A stretch of 64,000 bases of DNA from Guillardia theta CCMP2712 (Eukaryota; Protista; Cryptophyta), in NCBI RefSeq assembly GCF_000315625.1, contig NW_005434480.1:1-64000 (forward strand), read 5' to 3'. This document shows, one piece after another, positions 1-13,700 of this stretch. The translations under genes were made by a program, and so were the position numbers. The notes beneath the pieces are model-generated. The model saw only the letters and a list, made by a program, of their open reading frames with translations, had not been told where the DNA came from and ran no database searches. Numbering within the stretch: the stretch's first letter is position 1; the number at the start of each line of letters is the position of its first letter.

Positions 1-190
1 TCTCTCCTTCTCTCTCCGTCTCTCCCCCTTTTCTCGCTCCCTCTCCCTCTCTCTCCCTCTCTACTTCTCTCCCTCTTTCTCGCTCCCTCTCCCTCTCTCT
101 CCCTCTCTACTTCTCTCCCTCTCTCTCTCCCTCTCTCTCGCTATCGCTCTCGCCCTGCTCGTTCGCTCTCCTCCTCTCACCTCTTCCCCT
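1..190. repeat. CT-rich microsatellite / low-complexity tract
   Basis: Nearly pure C/T runs with repeated 'tctcgctccctctccctctctctccctctctacttctctccct'. Confidence 0.9.
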
Positions 191-197
191 CCATCAG

Positions 198-333
198 CGT
201 GCCGGACGAGGTCACGCTCTACCTCGAAGTTCATCTAAGGAGGATGGGAGTCTTCGTCAACAAGCCTCAGGTCTGCCAACCTTCCCCGTCTCTCCTCCCT
301 CACTTGCTCCTTCAGCTTCAGGTCAACCACTAA
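198..333 (+). CDS. Possible last two exons of an upstream gene of unknown product
   Basis: ccatcag acceptor at 197; exon 198-270 reads VPDEVTLYLEVHLRRMGVFVNKPQ; GT...cttcag intron 271-321 (51 nt); then GTC AAC CAC TAA. Based on splice signals only, no recognisable homology. Confidence 0.3.
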
Positions 334-700
334 CGACCCTCCTGCTCCTGCCGTCTCGTCGCCAGAGGCATGATAGTCGTCCTGAGATCTTCATCAACAA
401 CCAATACACATAATCAACGAATCTGTTCATCTTCACAGAACCTAGACAGCGTAAACAAGGTATCTGTAAGTTCGTTGCACACAGCACACCATTTTTCAAA
501 ACCAAAGAGTGTTTTATTACATTTGGTTTGTATCGCTCAGCTTAGTGGTCATTGATTCAAAACTTGCTAGTGATAAGAGTTCTGCCAAAAAACGGCAGAG
601 CAGATCTTCGACTGAAGCTCACCGCATGGGAGCTCGAGTCCAAGTCGCTCACTGTCCGTCCTTCCTGCATCAGTACCGAATAATCCCGTATAAATACAAT

Positions 701-2140
<1,440 letters not shown>

Positions 2141-2904
2141 CTTCTCGCACCCCCGCCACTCACATGTTTTCGCTTCTCTTCGATGGTTTTGCCGCGTCGA
2201 CACGTCGATATATACCCCCATGCCTACCCCACCCATCACAGAACCTGACCCACCCTATCTTTATCCTATCCTGCTCTCTTCTACCCCTCATATTTCCCTT
2301 TTTTTACCCCACCTTTTTCTATGACAATGGACAGGTGTACTCTGTACCACCCATGGGGGACCTCTGGTGACCACCCCCAACCCCGTCGGCCCTCGGGAGC
2401 GGCGTTCAAAATCGACGTTGGCCGAAATCGGATCCAAACTTTTCGGACCTCTACAGCAATCTTCAAATTTGACCCAAGATTTTGCTACCCCTGCATTGGC
2501 CTTTCTTGTATCATCACCCCTACGTTTGACTGTTATCACCCCCCATTTTCATTGTACCCTACCTATCGAAAGATTTTGAAATTTTGAATTCGAATTCAAA
2601 CCTGAAAGCCGGCATCGACTTTGGATTCCTCAAAACGACTAGCCGTTGGTCTGAGAGAGGCATTTTCTGTGGAGTGAGGGGGTAGGGGTATACAAGTTCG
2701 AAGACGAACCCCTCCTGTCCTTCACGAGTCGTGACAACGGTGGGTGGGGTCGGCATTTTCGCTGAGGGAAAGGTGGGGGGTATTGGGACAAAGAAAGTAT
2801 TTGGATTCTGTTTGAAACCAATACAAGTGAATATTTCAAAAGTGGAAATGCATGTTCAACCAACTTCATGTTTGCTACCTTCGATCATGCCGCATAGACG
2901 GTAC

Positions 2905-3150
2905 TACGGTAGTACAGTAGCCGGCCGGGCCAGTGACTAGGCTAGCCGGGTCCCCGGGCCGCCCGAACACTGAGTTGGCCGCCGAGCTACAATGTGCGAG
3001 GACGCAGCACTGGCCCGGAGCACATGAGGGCATACACAGTGACACCCCGGCGACGGTCTATGACGGACGGTACTCCGATCCGCCGGATCGGACCGGACTC
3101 CGGGACCGGAGGCGGCTGTCGGACGCCTCGGCCCGGGTCGGCCGTCGGAA
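2905..3150. repeat. GC-rich low-complexity block (ccgg/gccggg-rich)
   Basis: Dense ccgg, cggccg and gtgac/gtcac words; the same vocabulary occurs at 4000-4500, 22895-23000 and 25060-25140. Confidence 0.55.
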
Positions 3151-3345
3151 GTTTTCATGTCATGGAGCTAGGCTGTGGCATGCATAACTGGAGCTACTTC
3201 TGGATCGGCGAACAAGGTACAACTGCAAAACATCTTCAAATGCCCAAGTTGAAACGGATGTTCCAATCTCGCGGCAGCAATCTCTGGTCACAAGTTCTTG
3301 ACGGTTCAAAAATTTATCTTTTGGTCTTCAAATGCCGGCGGGCAC

Positions 3346-3402
3346 GCTCTCTCTCTCTCTATCTCTCTCTATCTCTCTTATCTTCTCTCTCTTCATCTCT
3401 CT
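3346..3402. repeat. (CT)n microsatellite
   Basis: ctctctctctctctatctctctctatctctct... Confidence 0.85.
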
Positions 3403-3741
3403 TCATTGCACCCGCTCGCTATGCATCTCCCTTATCTCTTTACTGCACATCTAATAGCCCTGCATGAAAATCTTCTTCAGAATGGATGATGGAACGTATG
3501 CCAGCCGTGCCAGTCAGATAGCGCCGAGTTAACAAAAACTCTCCTGTAAACCAAGACGACTTACGTGGCGAGGCGGCCAATGTAGCGTATGTAGCCGTCT
3601 TGCTAAGGTCCTCTCATGTCTGGATGCTTGGGTTTCACATCCTATCATACAGTCTATCTCTCATGTGCTCCTCAATTCTGGTTTTGTGTGCATTAAACTC
3701 GGTCTTGAGCAAAAACTGTCTTGTTACAACTAAGGTCGATG

Positions 3742-3999
3742 TGATGTCTGCGTGACTTTGGACTAGTACAAGTCTAACAAACTTGTATTCCGTCGGTTAT
3801 GGGCCCCGATTACATGCTCAATCATGTTGATCTTATATTTGGTTAGTTGAATTGTTTACTGGAGTTTTTTCTTCTTGGTATTGTTTTCCGTTGCTGTTGA
3901 AAATTCATGCAAATTCTATCAAGCTTTACTGGCACATTCGGATGATGTCTGCGTGACTTTGGTCGGACTAGTACAAGTCTAACAAACTTGTATTCCGTC
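3742..3999 (+). repeat. ~55-bp direct repeat pair (3742-3794, 3943-3999)
   Basis: tgatgtctgcgtgactttg[gtcg]gactagtacaagtctaacaaacttgtattccgtc occurs twice, differing by a 4-nt indel. Confidence 0.9.
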
Positions 4000-4500
4000 A
4001 CTGAGTGGCCGGGCGGCCGGGCGCACCGTCCGAGGAGCGGCCGGGCGGCGGCCCGCCGGACTCCGGGAGGCCGCCCGGCTCGCCGCCTCATCCGCCGGGA
4101 TCCTCACCGAGGATGCCCCCGGGCCCGGCAACTCCCGGAGTACCGGAGCCTCAGAGTCCGCCGTGACGGTCCCGCCGCCCGGCCGGCCTCGGCGGCGGCA
4201 GTCCCTGACGGTCCGGTGACCCCGGTCGGGCGGCCGGGCCGCGGCCGCCCACCGTCGGTCACCGGGCCCGGTGACCGTAGTGTTGCCGCCGGGCCGGCGG
4301 CGGCAACTGAGGGGCAGGCTACGCCGTGACGCGTGACCATCCGACACCGTCAACCGTGGCCGGGCCGGGCCGGCCCTTTGACGTGAGGCTCGGTAAGGCC
4401 CACTGCCAGGCTGCCGGGACTCTGCGACTCTGTATCGGACAGGTCACCCGTGGCCCGAAATCGTACTTAATCCGGGCCGACTCGGTTCGTTCACGGTACT
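4000..4500. repeat. Extremely GC-rich CpG-dense block upstream of gene A
   Basis: Runs such as ggccgggcggccgggcgc and accgggcccggt; the ORFs here are Arg/Pro/Gly compositional artefacts. Confidence 0.65.
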
Positions 4501-4784
4501 TTGGTTGTACCAGTTCCGAAATAATATCTATATATACACTTTAAAACTCTTGTTCACCTGATATTCACCTGCTTTCCTCTAGAAATTTTGAGTACCTGTC
4601 CAATGGATTTGCCGATAAAAATACATCGATACAATTATTATATGTCGAAGTTGGCGATGGCATTTCTACATGACCCTGGTTTTTCTCAGGACCCGACGTA
4701 ACCAGGTGTGGGTGAAAGTCATTTTTCGTACGACAACTCAAAACTTTTCTGAGCCCATGTGAAGGGCCGCTTTGCTCAGCGCGC

Positions 4785-7700
4785 ATGCAAGGCATGAGGC
4801 AGGTGAGGGTGGAAAAGCTGATGATCGGTGCTTGTTCGCAAGTGACATCACTGATGACAGATGCAGATGTCGGTATGGCTGCTTCTTGCTTGCTGCTCGT
4901 CAGCTGTACATGCCGATCGGCAAACATTCACTGTCGGATCAATCACCACGGTTGGAACCATAGCCGAGATGGCTCAGCTGCACTTCGACTATGGCGTGAA
5001 GGATCTCAAGGCGACCAACTTCAAGATCTACTGGGGTCAGCTTGGAAACACCCTGACCAAGTCCAAGCAGACCAGCATTCTGTCTCCTGGGCATGTGGTC
5101 GAGGTTTACATGCCCGGCTTCACCGGAGGGTCGAACTTCTTCGGTGCATCTCGTGGAAGCACTGAGAGCACTGAGAGCACGATCAGCTGGATGTCACAAG
5201 AGAACAGCGTTGTGATCTCTCAGTCTGTACAAGAGCCATGGCAGCAAGCCATCTCAAGCGACCTGTCGCTGTCTGTGAGTGGACCAGGAGCAGTTGGATG
5301 CATGGGAATCGTCGGAGATTTATCATCGAATGCTTTCGACCTGAAGCAGCTCCGGGCGGACGTGTTTGACTACTGTGAGTGGAACGATCAGCGAGAGATG
5401 CTGCGTCTGAGGCTGAGCAGCAATGCGCCTAGCACCGTGACAGGAGTCTTCATAAGCAAAGTGAGCATGTATCTCAACTATGACACATCATCCAAGCAGA
5501 ACGGTCTGGGACCTCTGCCGCCTCTCGGAGGCATCCACGAGGAATGGCATCAGATGGCCTTCGTGTCTGTGTACGAGAAGCCCGCAAGCACATCGATTGA
5601 CTGCACCGGAGTGAGTCTTTCCGCCTTCGCCAGTACCACCTGCAGCACTGCAAACCTCGTGTACCAAGTACCGTTTGACAAGTACAAGTCACAACGCTTC
5701 GGCTCTGACAGGCCAAGACTTCCAGTGAGGAAGGAGGCCGGAGCTGTGGGAGTGACCAAGAACCCCACGTTTGTGTATGCTGCCGCTGCAGGGAACACCG
5801 ACGGCATCAGCCAAGCCGTGTGCATCACTGTGACGATCGTACCATCCATGACCATCTACTCGTCTCCGACATCGTCTACTCCTACAACCTTTACGATCTC
5901 CGGGCTGACAGGGTCTGGTACACCAGATTCAGTCACAGCCTTGTATCAGAACAAATGTCAATGTGAAAGCACTCAAGCAGAGCTCTTCCCAAGCAGGTTC
6001 CAGTCTGTCAGCTACGGAAACCAGGTTGGAAAAGCCGACTTTGTCCAAGGGGCGGGCACCTTGACGTTCCAGCTCTTGCCAGGCATGTACATTCAAGCAG
6101 GGGAGGTTGTCATCTTCTCGTTTCAGCTCAAGACACCGGGAACAGTGTCAGCAGCATCTAAGCCCATCTCTATCTCAATGTCTGGCACATATTGCCAGAT
6201 CTCTGACTTCTGCACGGGATCTACCGGTCAGTCCATCACCCTCAACCCGATCACTTTCAGTCTCTCGACGAAGATTCTTCAGGCGGTTGGAAATAAGATC
6301 GGAGCAACCATGTTCCAGAGCTCGTCTGACACAGGCTCCTTGTCAAACATGTTTGTGACTTTGTCTCCCAACTTCGATATCCAGACCTCTTCTATCCTGA
6401 CCTTCACTGGTCTGTGCGGGACTCAGGAGTCTGGTACCAAGGTGAACATAGTTGGTAACAGGTTTGCTGGAGGCAATCCTTTGACGGACAAGTGCTCCAC
6501 CTCGTCATATCCGACGGAGGTTGACATTGGAGATCCAAGTCTTGGATACACCGGGTCGACGATGGACTGGAGCCAGTCGTCAGGGACCCTCAAGCTCACC
6601 CTGAACCAGGCTCTGGCCGCGCGAGGTCACTATGCCTTCGCATGGAGCTGGAGGGTGTCAGATAGGGAGAACTCTGCATGTAACATGACGGTTTCGTTGA
6701 CTACTGGGCCGAACCAGGTTCAGAACGAGGCTGTGACTAACTTCGGAGGAACAGTGGGTCTTGTTGAGAAACCGTCGTTTACCAAGTACAAGATCGGACA
6801 GGTTACTACTCGACCCGACGTGACGAACTACATCTGTGTGACATTGAAGACTAACTTCAACCTTCAAACATACTTGAATGCTGGGATGTACTACGTAGCA
6901 AGCATCACCTTGCCAGGCCTGTCAGGTAGCCAAGCGCAGGACAACTCCAACCCGGACATTGTCAACTGCCCTTCTTACGACTGGAACACTCACTCACTTG
7001 TAACGCCATCAAAGGCCAGCACTGCGTACTTCACCAGCGCTCTCACTGCTGGAGAAGTCAACAAGGTTGCATACTTCGCAGCTGGCATAGCCAAGTTTGT
7101 ATTGAACCCAGCTCAGAATCTCCCCTCAGGCCATGAGATCAAGTTCGCCATTCCTCTCAAGAACTCCAAGGTCGCGCAGCCTTGCCAGACGGTCACATTG
7201 ATGTTGAATGCCTTGTATCAGAGCCAGAACGGCCAGGTATCATACACGACGACACAGACGGTGCAGATGGTTGTATCCCCTGTGAATCGTGCCTTGCAAG
7301 ATGGAGAGATGGACGGGGATGCCTGTCCTTTGAAGGTCTACGATAAGGGCTTCCTCACCCGGTTGATCAGTCAGCAGACCCCTCTTATCCAGGAGAACAA
7401 CGTCTTGACTATTTCTCTCCGCTCTAACGTTGATCTCGGTCTCAACGGTTTCGGTGCAACCATCACCATTGCGGGCTTGACGGGCACAGACACCACGCAG
7501 ACGTCACTGACCCCGCAATCGCTGGCGTCAACAGACTACTCTCCGATTATTCAGAAGACTGAGTGGTCTCAGTCCAACGGTCAGATGATCATTCACCTTC
7601 CTTCATCTTCCACTTGTCAGATGCCTATCAAGGGAACTACCACCAACTGTATGATGGCTGGCTGGACCTATGTGCTTCAATATTCCTTCATTAATGGCAA

Positions 7701-10700
7701 GACGCCGCAGTCAAACCCGACCGTGTTCATCTCAGCTTCGTTTGCCAGCGGCGAGCAGACCAACTCACAGACGGCAACTCTTCCGCTTTCCAGCTACAAA
7801 AACCCTCTCGTCTTGACGAGCAATCTGTTCAACAAGTACGACATCGGACAGTTGTATCCTGCGCCAGGTGCAGTCAATCCTGTCTGTGTTACCCTCAGGC
7901 CGAACAAGAACATTATCAAACAGACCAAGTTTACTTTGACTGGGCTGCCGATGTTTACTTCCACGTCAACTGTTGACTTTTACGACGAATACGGAATCAG
8001 CCCGCTCTCAAGCACGTCGCTGAGCGGATATTTTACAACGATCTCGGGTAACAACATCGCAAACAAAGCAGATTATAACAACGGAAACGGTGAGATCCAG
8101 TTCCAGTTTGTGACCCAGACGCTGGTGCTGGGAACCAAGTACAAGTTCTGCTTCCGTATGATCAATCAGAACTCTGCCTACTACAACGGAGGATCGTGTC
8201 CTTCTGTGACGTTGCTTGTCAGCTCCAGTGACGCGCCGGTGGCAGCTCCTGGAGTGCAAACGTACACGATGAAGCAAGACACGGGCAAAAGAGTGTACGG
8301 ATATCCGTCGGTCCCGTCAAGCTGCGCGGGCTACATCGTGGACCCCTCGTTCCCGCATGCGACCATTCGCTCCAGCTCCAACGTGACCTCAAACACTGTG
8401 TGGATGACTGTGGAGCTACAGCCCAACTACGCCTTGACTATCAGCCAGGCGGTGACGGTCTCATCGCTGACTGGCTTCTATGCCCCTCCTCCCACCTTCA
8501 CCTGCTGGATCAGCAGGAATGGCGAGTATGTCAATGTGGCTTCGAACACAGTCAGTGGAAACATCCATAGTGCAGACTTCACCTCTACATGTACTTTCAA
8601 CCAGAACGAGTTCAAGATTACTTACCAGCAGTCGACCAACCTGCCTGTCTACAACCCTTACTTCAATGTCAACGCGATGAGATCGAACGGCATCTATGAG
8701 ATTGTTGTGCTGTCAGGCGGGTCTGGGTACACTGTGCCGCCTAGTGTTGTGATTTGCGGGTCTGAGTTCTACAAGAACTCGGTATGCACTGGAGGCAATG
8801 TGATGTACGGGGTCGGACAGGGAGCGACTGCCACAGCAACGATCTCGGATGGAGCGGTCACTGCAATCACCATCACCGACCCTGGACATGGATACTACCT
8901 CACACCTGTGGTCATCATCTCACCTGCAGCAACTGAGACTGGAACTATCACTGCAGCAAAGGCGCAGGCTTATCTGTACGACAGGGGCGTCTACACGGTG
9001 CAGTTTCAGATTCAGAACCCGAGTTCGGAGCAGTCTGCTCTCGCTCTGTCCATTCAGGCTACGTCCAACTTCCCATCGCAAGCCATTGTGTCGGGATCGC
9101 AGACCAGCGGCTTGCAGATGACTGCGTCCTCTTCGGATGTCGTGCTCAACATCGTGCCGCAGACCCGCTTGTTTGCGGGCGACTCCTTGTTTGTCAACCT
9201 TCCTGCCTACGAGGTGGAGGAGTCCGGGCCTCTGTTTGGAGTGCAGTCATCTAGCTCGGCGTTTGAGACTTTCACCTCACAGTTAGAATGGGAGTTGTTT
9301 GGCAGCTCCGAGGACAGGGCGAGGGCATACTTGTCCAAGGGTTATGTTGCCGATGGTAACAGGCATCGATCGGGCGATGCGGACGTGGACGGAGTGTTCG
9401 TGTTGTCACCGTCTGACGACGGCTACGACAAGAACAAGGACCTCTGCTGGAGCCACAAGCAGTGCCCTTGGGGAGCGTCGGACTACGATGTTGGAAGGCA
9501 GTCGTCTTACACGCTGTCGAAGGTTCGATTCGCGGGACCAAGCCCTCTGGGGTACACGCATGAGGCTTGCTACACGGCTGACTTGTCTGCATCGGCATCG
9601 GACTACGTTGGTATGCAGATCTCGTGCAGAAACAACGCTTTCACCGCAGCAACAAGCGGGTCATCCGTGACCGCCATCAAGGTCAAGTCCGCTGGGCTGT
9701 ACACCGTGACTGCGCAGGCATCTGCTCAGACCGTGATGATCTCGCAATCAGATGCTGGCGCTGCTAGCTCTGCTTCAGCCTCGATCTCTTACCAGGTAGC
9801 GCAGCTCTCGCTCAACGCTGGGACTCTGGCGAACTGTCAGAGCATCACATTCACTGCAGCTGCTGGAACTCAATTGATCGCTGCCAGCGCCCAGGTCGTG
9901 ATGTCAGTTGTTGCTTCTACAACTGCACCCGCGTACAGAGTCGAGATCACCAATCCTGGTTTGTACACGACCTTTCCTACTGCAACTTGTACTGGAACCA
10001 TCCCCCCCACCCTCAACCTGTTCATGTCCGTAGCCACAGTCAGCGTGACCAGCCAGGGCAGCGGGTACGTGACCATCCCATCCGTGTTCTTGTCGGCCGC
10101 GCCTACTGGGGTTACCCAGACAAGAGCACCAGTTTTTGAAGTGATCATGTCTACGGCCAACCAGAATGTCATCACTCAAACGATCCTCGATTACAACCCG
10201 TACTACACTCAGACCCCCTGCTTCCTTGTGGGGCAGGAGTTTCCGTCGTCTTTCTTGAGCGACTGCAGCATCAACGTGAAGGAGAACGTCGGCAGGTACA
10301 CAGGAATGACTGCCATGATCGGGTCCAACGAGTACTTGATCAAGCAGGGAGCAGGAGGAGTGTACTGGGTGGTGGACTCGAGCGGAAACAAGCCAAGGAA
10401 CATTGACATTGCCAACAAGCCCTACACCATCTACACTCAGCTTGAGTTGATCGTTGCCAAGAGCAAGAGGGTGGAGCCTGGCGAGTCTGTGTCGATCACC
10501 ATACCTGGGTACAGGTTCAAGTCGTATCCTGAGGACGTCAATGCTTACATCACTCCATCTACCGACGACGCATCCAAGACTATCGCGGAGAGAACAAGGT
10601 ACTACTTCGCTACCTCGCTGCCGGTCAAGAGCTCGTACGTGAAGGGATACGGAGTGTCGGGGATGGTCATAACCGGCGGTACGCTCGCGGGAGACTGCTA

Positions 10701-13700
10701 CATCAAGTACGTAGAGGGTCCTCAGAGCATAAGAGGAAACAAGCCGGAGGTACGATTTATCGCTGGGGCCACGTCCAAGTTCGAGATCACTTACGCGGGA
10801 AGCGGATACACCTCTCCTCCGCGCTTCATCGGTCAGTGTGTGACCAGCACGGCAGTCACGATCTACTTCAACGGAGTTTTCTTGTTGTCTGGAAATACAG
10901 GGGTAAGACGCGTTGAGGTGACAGTACAGGGAAACAACTGTCGCCCAGGAACTACAGTCAATATCGAGTCTCCAAATCCAGCTGGGTCCTACATTGATGG
11001 CCTGACGGGGTTGACTTATGTAGGTCAGCAAGCCTCAGCTGTAGTCTTGCTGGAGGGAAACAGCGTGTCTCAGGTGGCGCTCCAGAACGGAGGTAGTGGA
11101 TACATATCAACTCCTTTGGTTACGTTTCCGGCTACATGCAATGCTGAGGCGAGGGCGTACATCTCCCAGAACTTCTCGTCGAGCATTGCGATGAGGTACG
11201 AAACAGGCAACACCTTCTTGTACGACTGGAGCAGAGAGCAGACCGACACCTTGACGGGCCTTTACTTGTCTGAGTTCTCGTCTGTCTCCTTGTTCTCTCT
11301 CGAGACGGCGGCAAGCGGGTCAGCAGAGATCAACTCTGGGTACGTGGCAACGATTGCCATTACTCACGCTGGTACAGCCTGCATGAGCCCGACGGTGATC
11401 GTGTCCGCACCTTCAGGGATGCCGTCGAATGCGCAGGCAAGGGCAGTTGCCGCCACAAACGCAGGCATCCTGGCATTCATCAACGTGACATACGGAGGGT
11501 ATGGATACACGTCAGCACCATCGGTGATCATCAAAGGTTGCGGGGCTGCGACTGCGAAGGCCTTCTTGAGCTACTCGAACGTCGATGTGCTTGTGGGCGG
11601 ATCAGCCTCGTTCTCTAGCTACAGAGGAATGCGACCACTCCAAGTGACGCAGTCGTCTGCCAACTCGTACAAGACTGTCAACCCGGTCACGTCTGCCATG
11701 GACTCCCCGGTCCTGGTCGGCTTCAACGAAGCATGCTCCAATGGTCAGACCGAGGCATACCAGCGGGATCAGTCTACCTACAAGAACTCGCGTGTCACCG
11801 GAGTGACCATGTCAAGCGCTGGAGCAGGATACACCTTCAAAGGCACCACCGTGACCTTCTCTGCCTCGCCGCTGGGCTCCTCCAACATGTACGCGACTGC
11901 CAAGGGTGTACCGACGTGGTCGTTCCCTCCTACAACCACCTCCAATGGGGGCACTACAAACCTGAACACGAACGTCTTGCTGTACAAAGGGGCTGCTCTG
12001 TCGACAGCAACCGGATGCGACAACATCGTCTTGATGTTCTCCTACCCCGAGAGGGCCGGAGGAGCGCAGCTTCAGATCCAGATCAACAGCGCCGCATCCA
12101 GAACCTCTCAGGTCATTCAGCAAGGAACGGGCTATGCCTCGATCCCGTACGTGTACGACATCAAGTTCTACTCTAACGGCCAGTTCTTCTTGAAGGATGG
12201 ATACACGGGCACCAACGGGAACTGCATTCCCCAGTACTTCGCTATCGACGTACCTCGGTTGACTAATCTCGCATCGGGCGTTGGGTTGGTCATCGACGGC
12301 GTGTACATGACTCAGGGAGGGTACGGGTATGACATCGCTCCCACCGTGACGTTTGACTGCAAGTCATGTACCATAACCTCACAGGCCGTGGCAATCGCCA
12401 ACATGGAGAGCGGATGCTTCAATGGTCAGTGCACTCAGCCTTCCTACGCCAACGCCTTCTTCTCGCCTGTCAACAAAAACAACCTCCAGGTCTGCCAGGC
12501 GACCAACCCGGGAGCCAACGACTACCGCACGCGCAAGACGCTTCAGATGCGAGTATCCTCGGGTCAGTCTGGCATCCAGTACTCGTCGTCGATGGCGTAC
12601 GCGGCGAGAAGGAACCGAGGCTTCATGGCATCGACTGGATCGCTGAACTTCTACGTCTCATCTCAGAACCTCCTGTCAGCCATGTGCACACCACCTCAGG
12701 TAGTCGTGGAGCCTCCGATAACCATGTCGGGTGTCCCCGCACAGGTCGAGCTTGTGGTCGAGAGCACGAGGGCCGACAGCTATCTCTCTCAGAGTCCAGC
12801 CACAGCCGCTGATCTGCCGGCACAGGCCGCACAGTACAAGCTTGCTGTCCGCACTGTCAACCCGGGCTCGGGATACGTAACTGCCCCCGCTGTCTCCTTT
12901 GTGAGCGTTGGGAGCACACCATGTTCTACGACTGGCCTGGTGGTCGCAGCGGAACTGCAGGGAGGCATGTCGGTCGCGACTGTACAGACAGCTGCTGCTC
13001 CGTTGTACATCTGCCCAGCACAGACGTATTACCTCAACCCCACTACTATGACCCTCTCCACCACTCAGACTCAGGGGGCTGCGACTATCACCTGGGATCG
13101 TAAGGCCAATGCTCCATACGTGGTTGACGGCGGCTACGGGTACTCGTACGGCACCCAGTCTGTCACTCTCTCGTGGGCATCGTGCGGGTCAACTACAGTG
13201 GTGATCTTCTTCGAGGACAGCAAGTCCCTGGATGGCCTTGCGCCGTACCCGTCGTTCTGGCCGGGAGACATGTCGGTGGATCAGTCTACCTGGAGGAATC
13301 ATGCGGGAGAGATCACGGGCGTTGACTTCATGTACGAGTCTAAGCACTTCTTTTCCAACCCGACGGTACCGACGCCTCAAACCTTCTTGAACGTGAACAT
13401 CGCGGCTCGAAGCCTGAAGCAGGCTGGCTTGTTCTCATCGAGATCTAACGATATGCGGGCAGCAGCCAGTGTCTCATTCGTCTTGGAGGACGCCTCTTGC
13501 TTCAAGGCAGGAGATTTGATTGAGATTGACACCGAGATCTTCAAGATTGGAACGGTGACCGGCAACATGATCACTGTTAGTGAGAGGGCGCTTGGAGGAA
13601 CACAGTCAGCTCAACACTTTCCCGGAGCGAGTGTCGTCTTGTTCTTTCCTGGCACGGCACTTGAACAGACTGTCGGGGCATCCGTTGCGGGAATGATTGA

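Noticed and set aside
3843-4544. Arg/Pro/Gly-rich ORFs on both strands
   Set aside because: Stop-codon scarcity in an extreme GC tract; no domain features.
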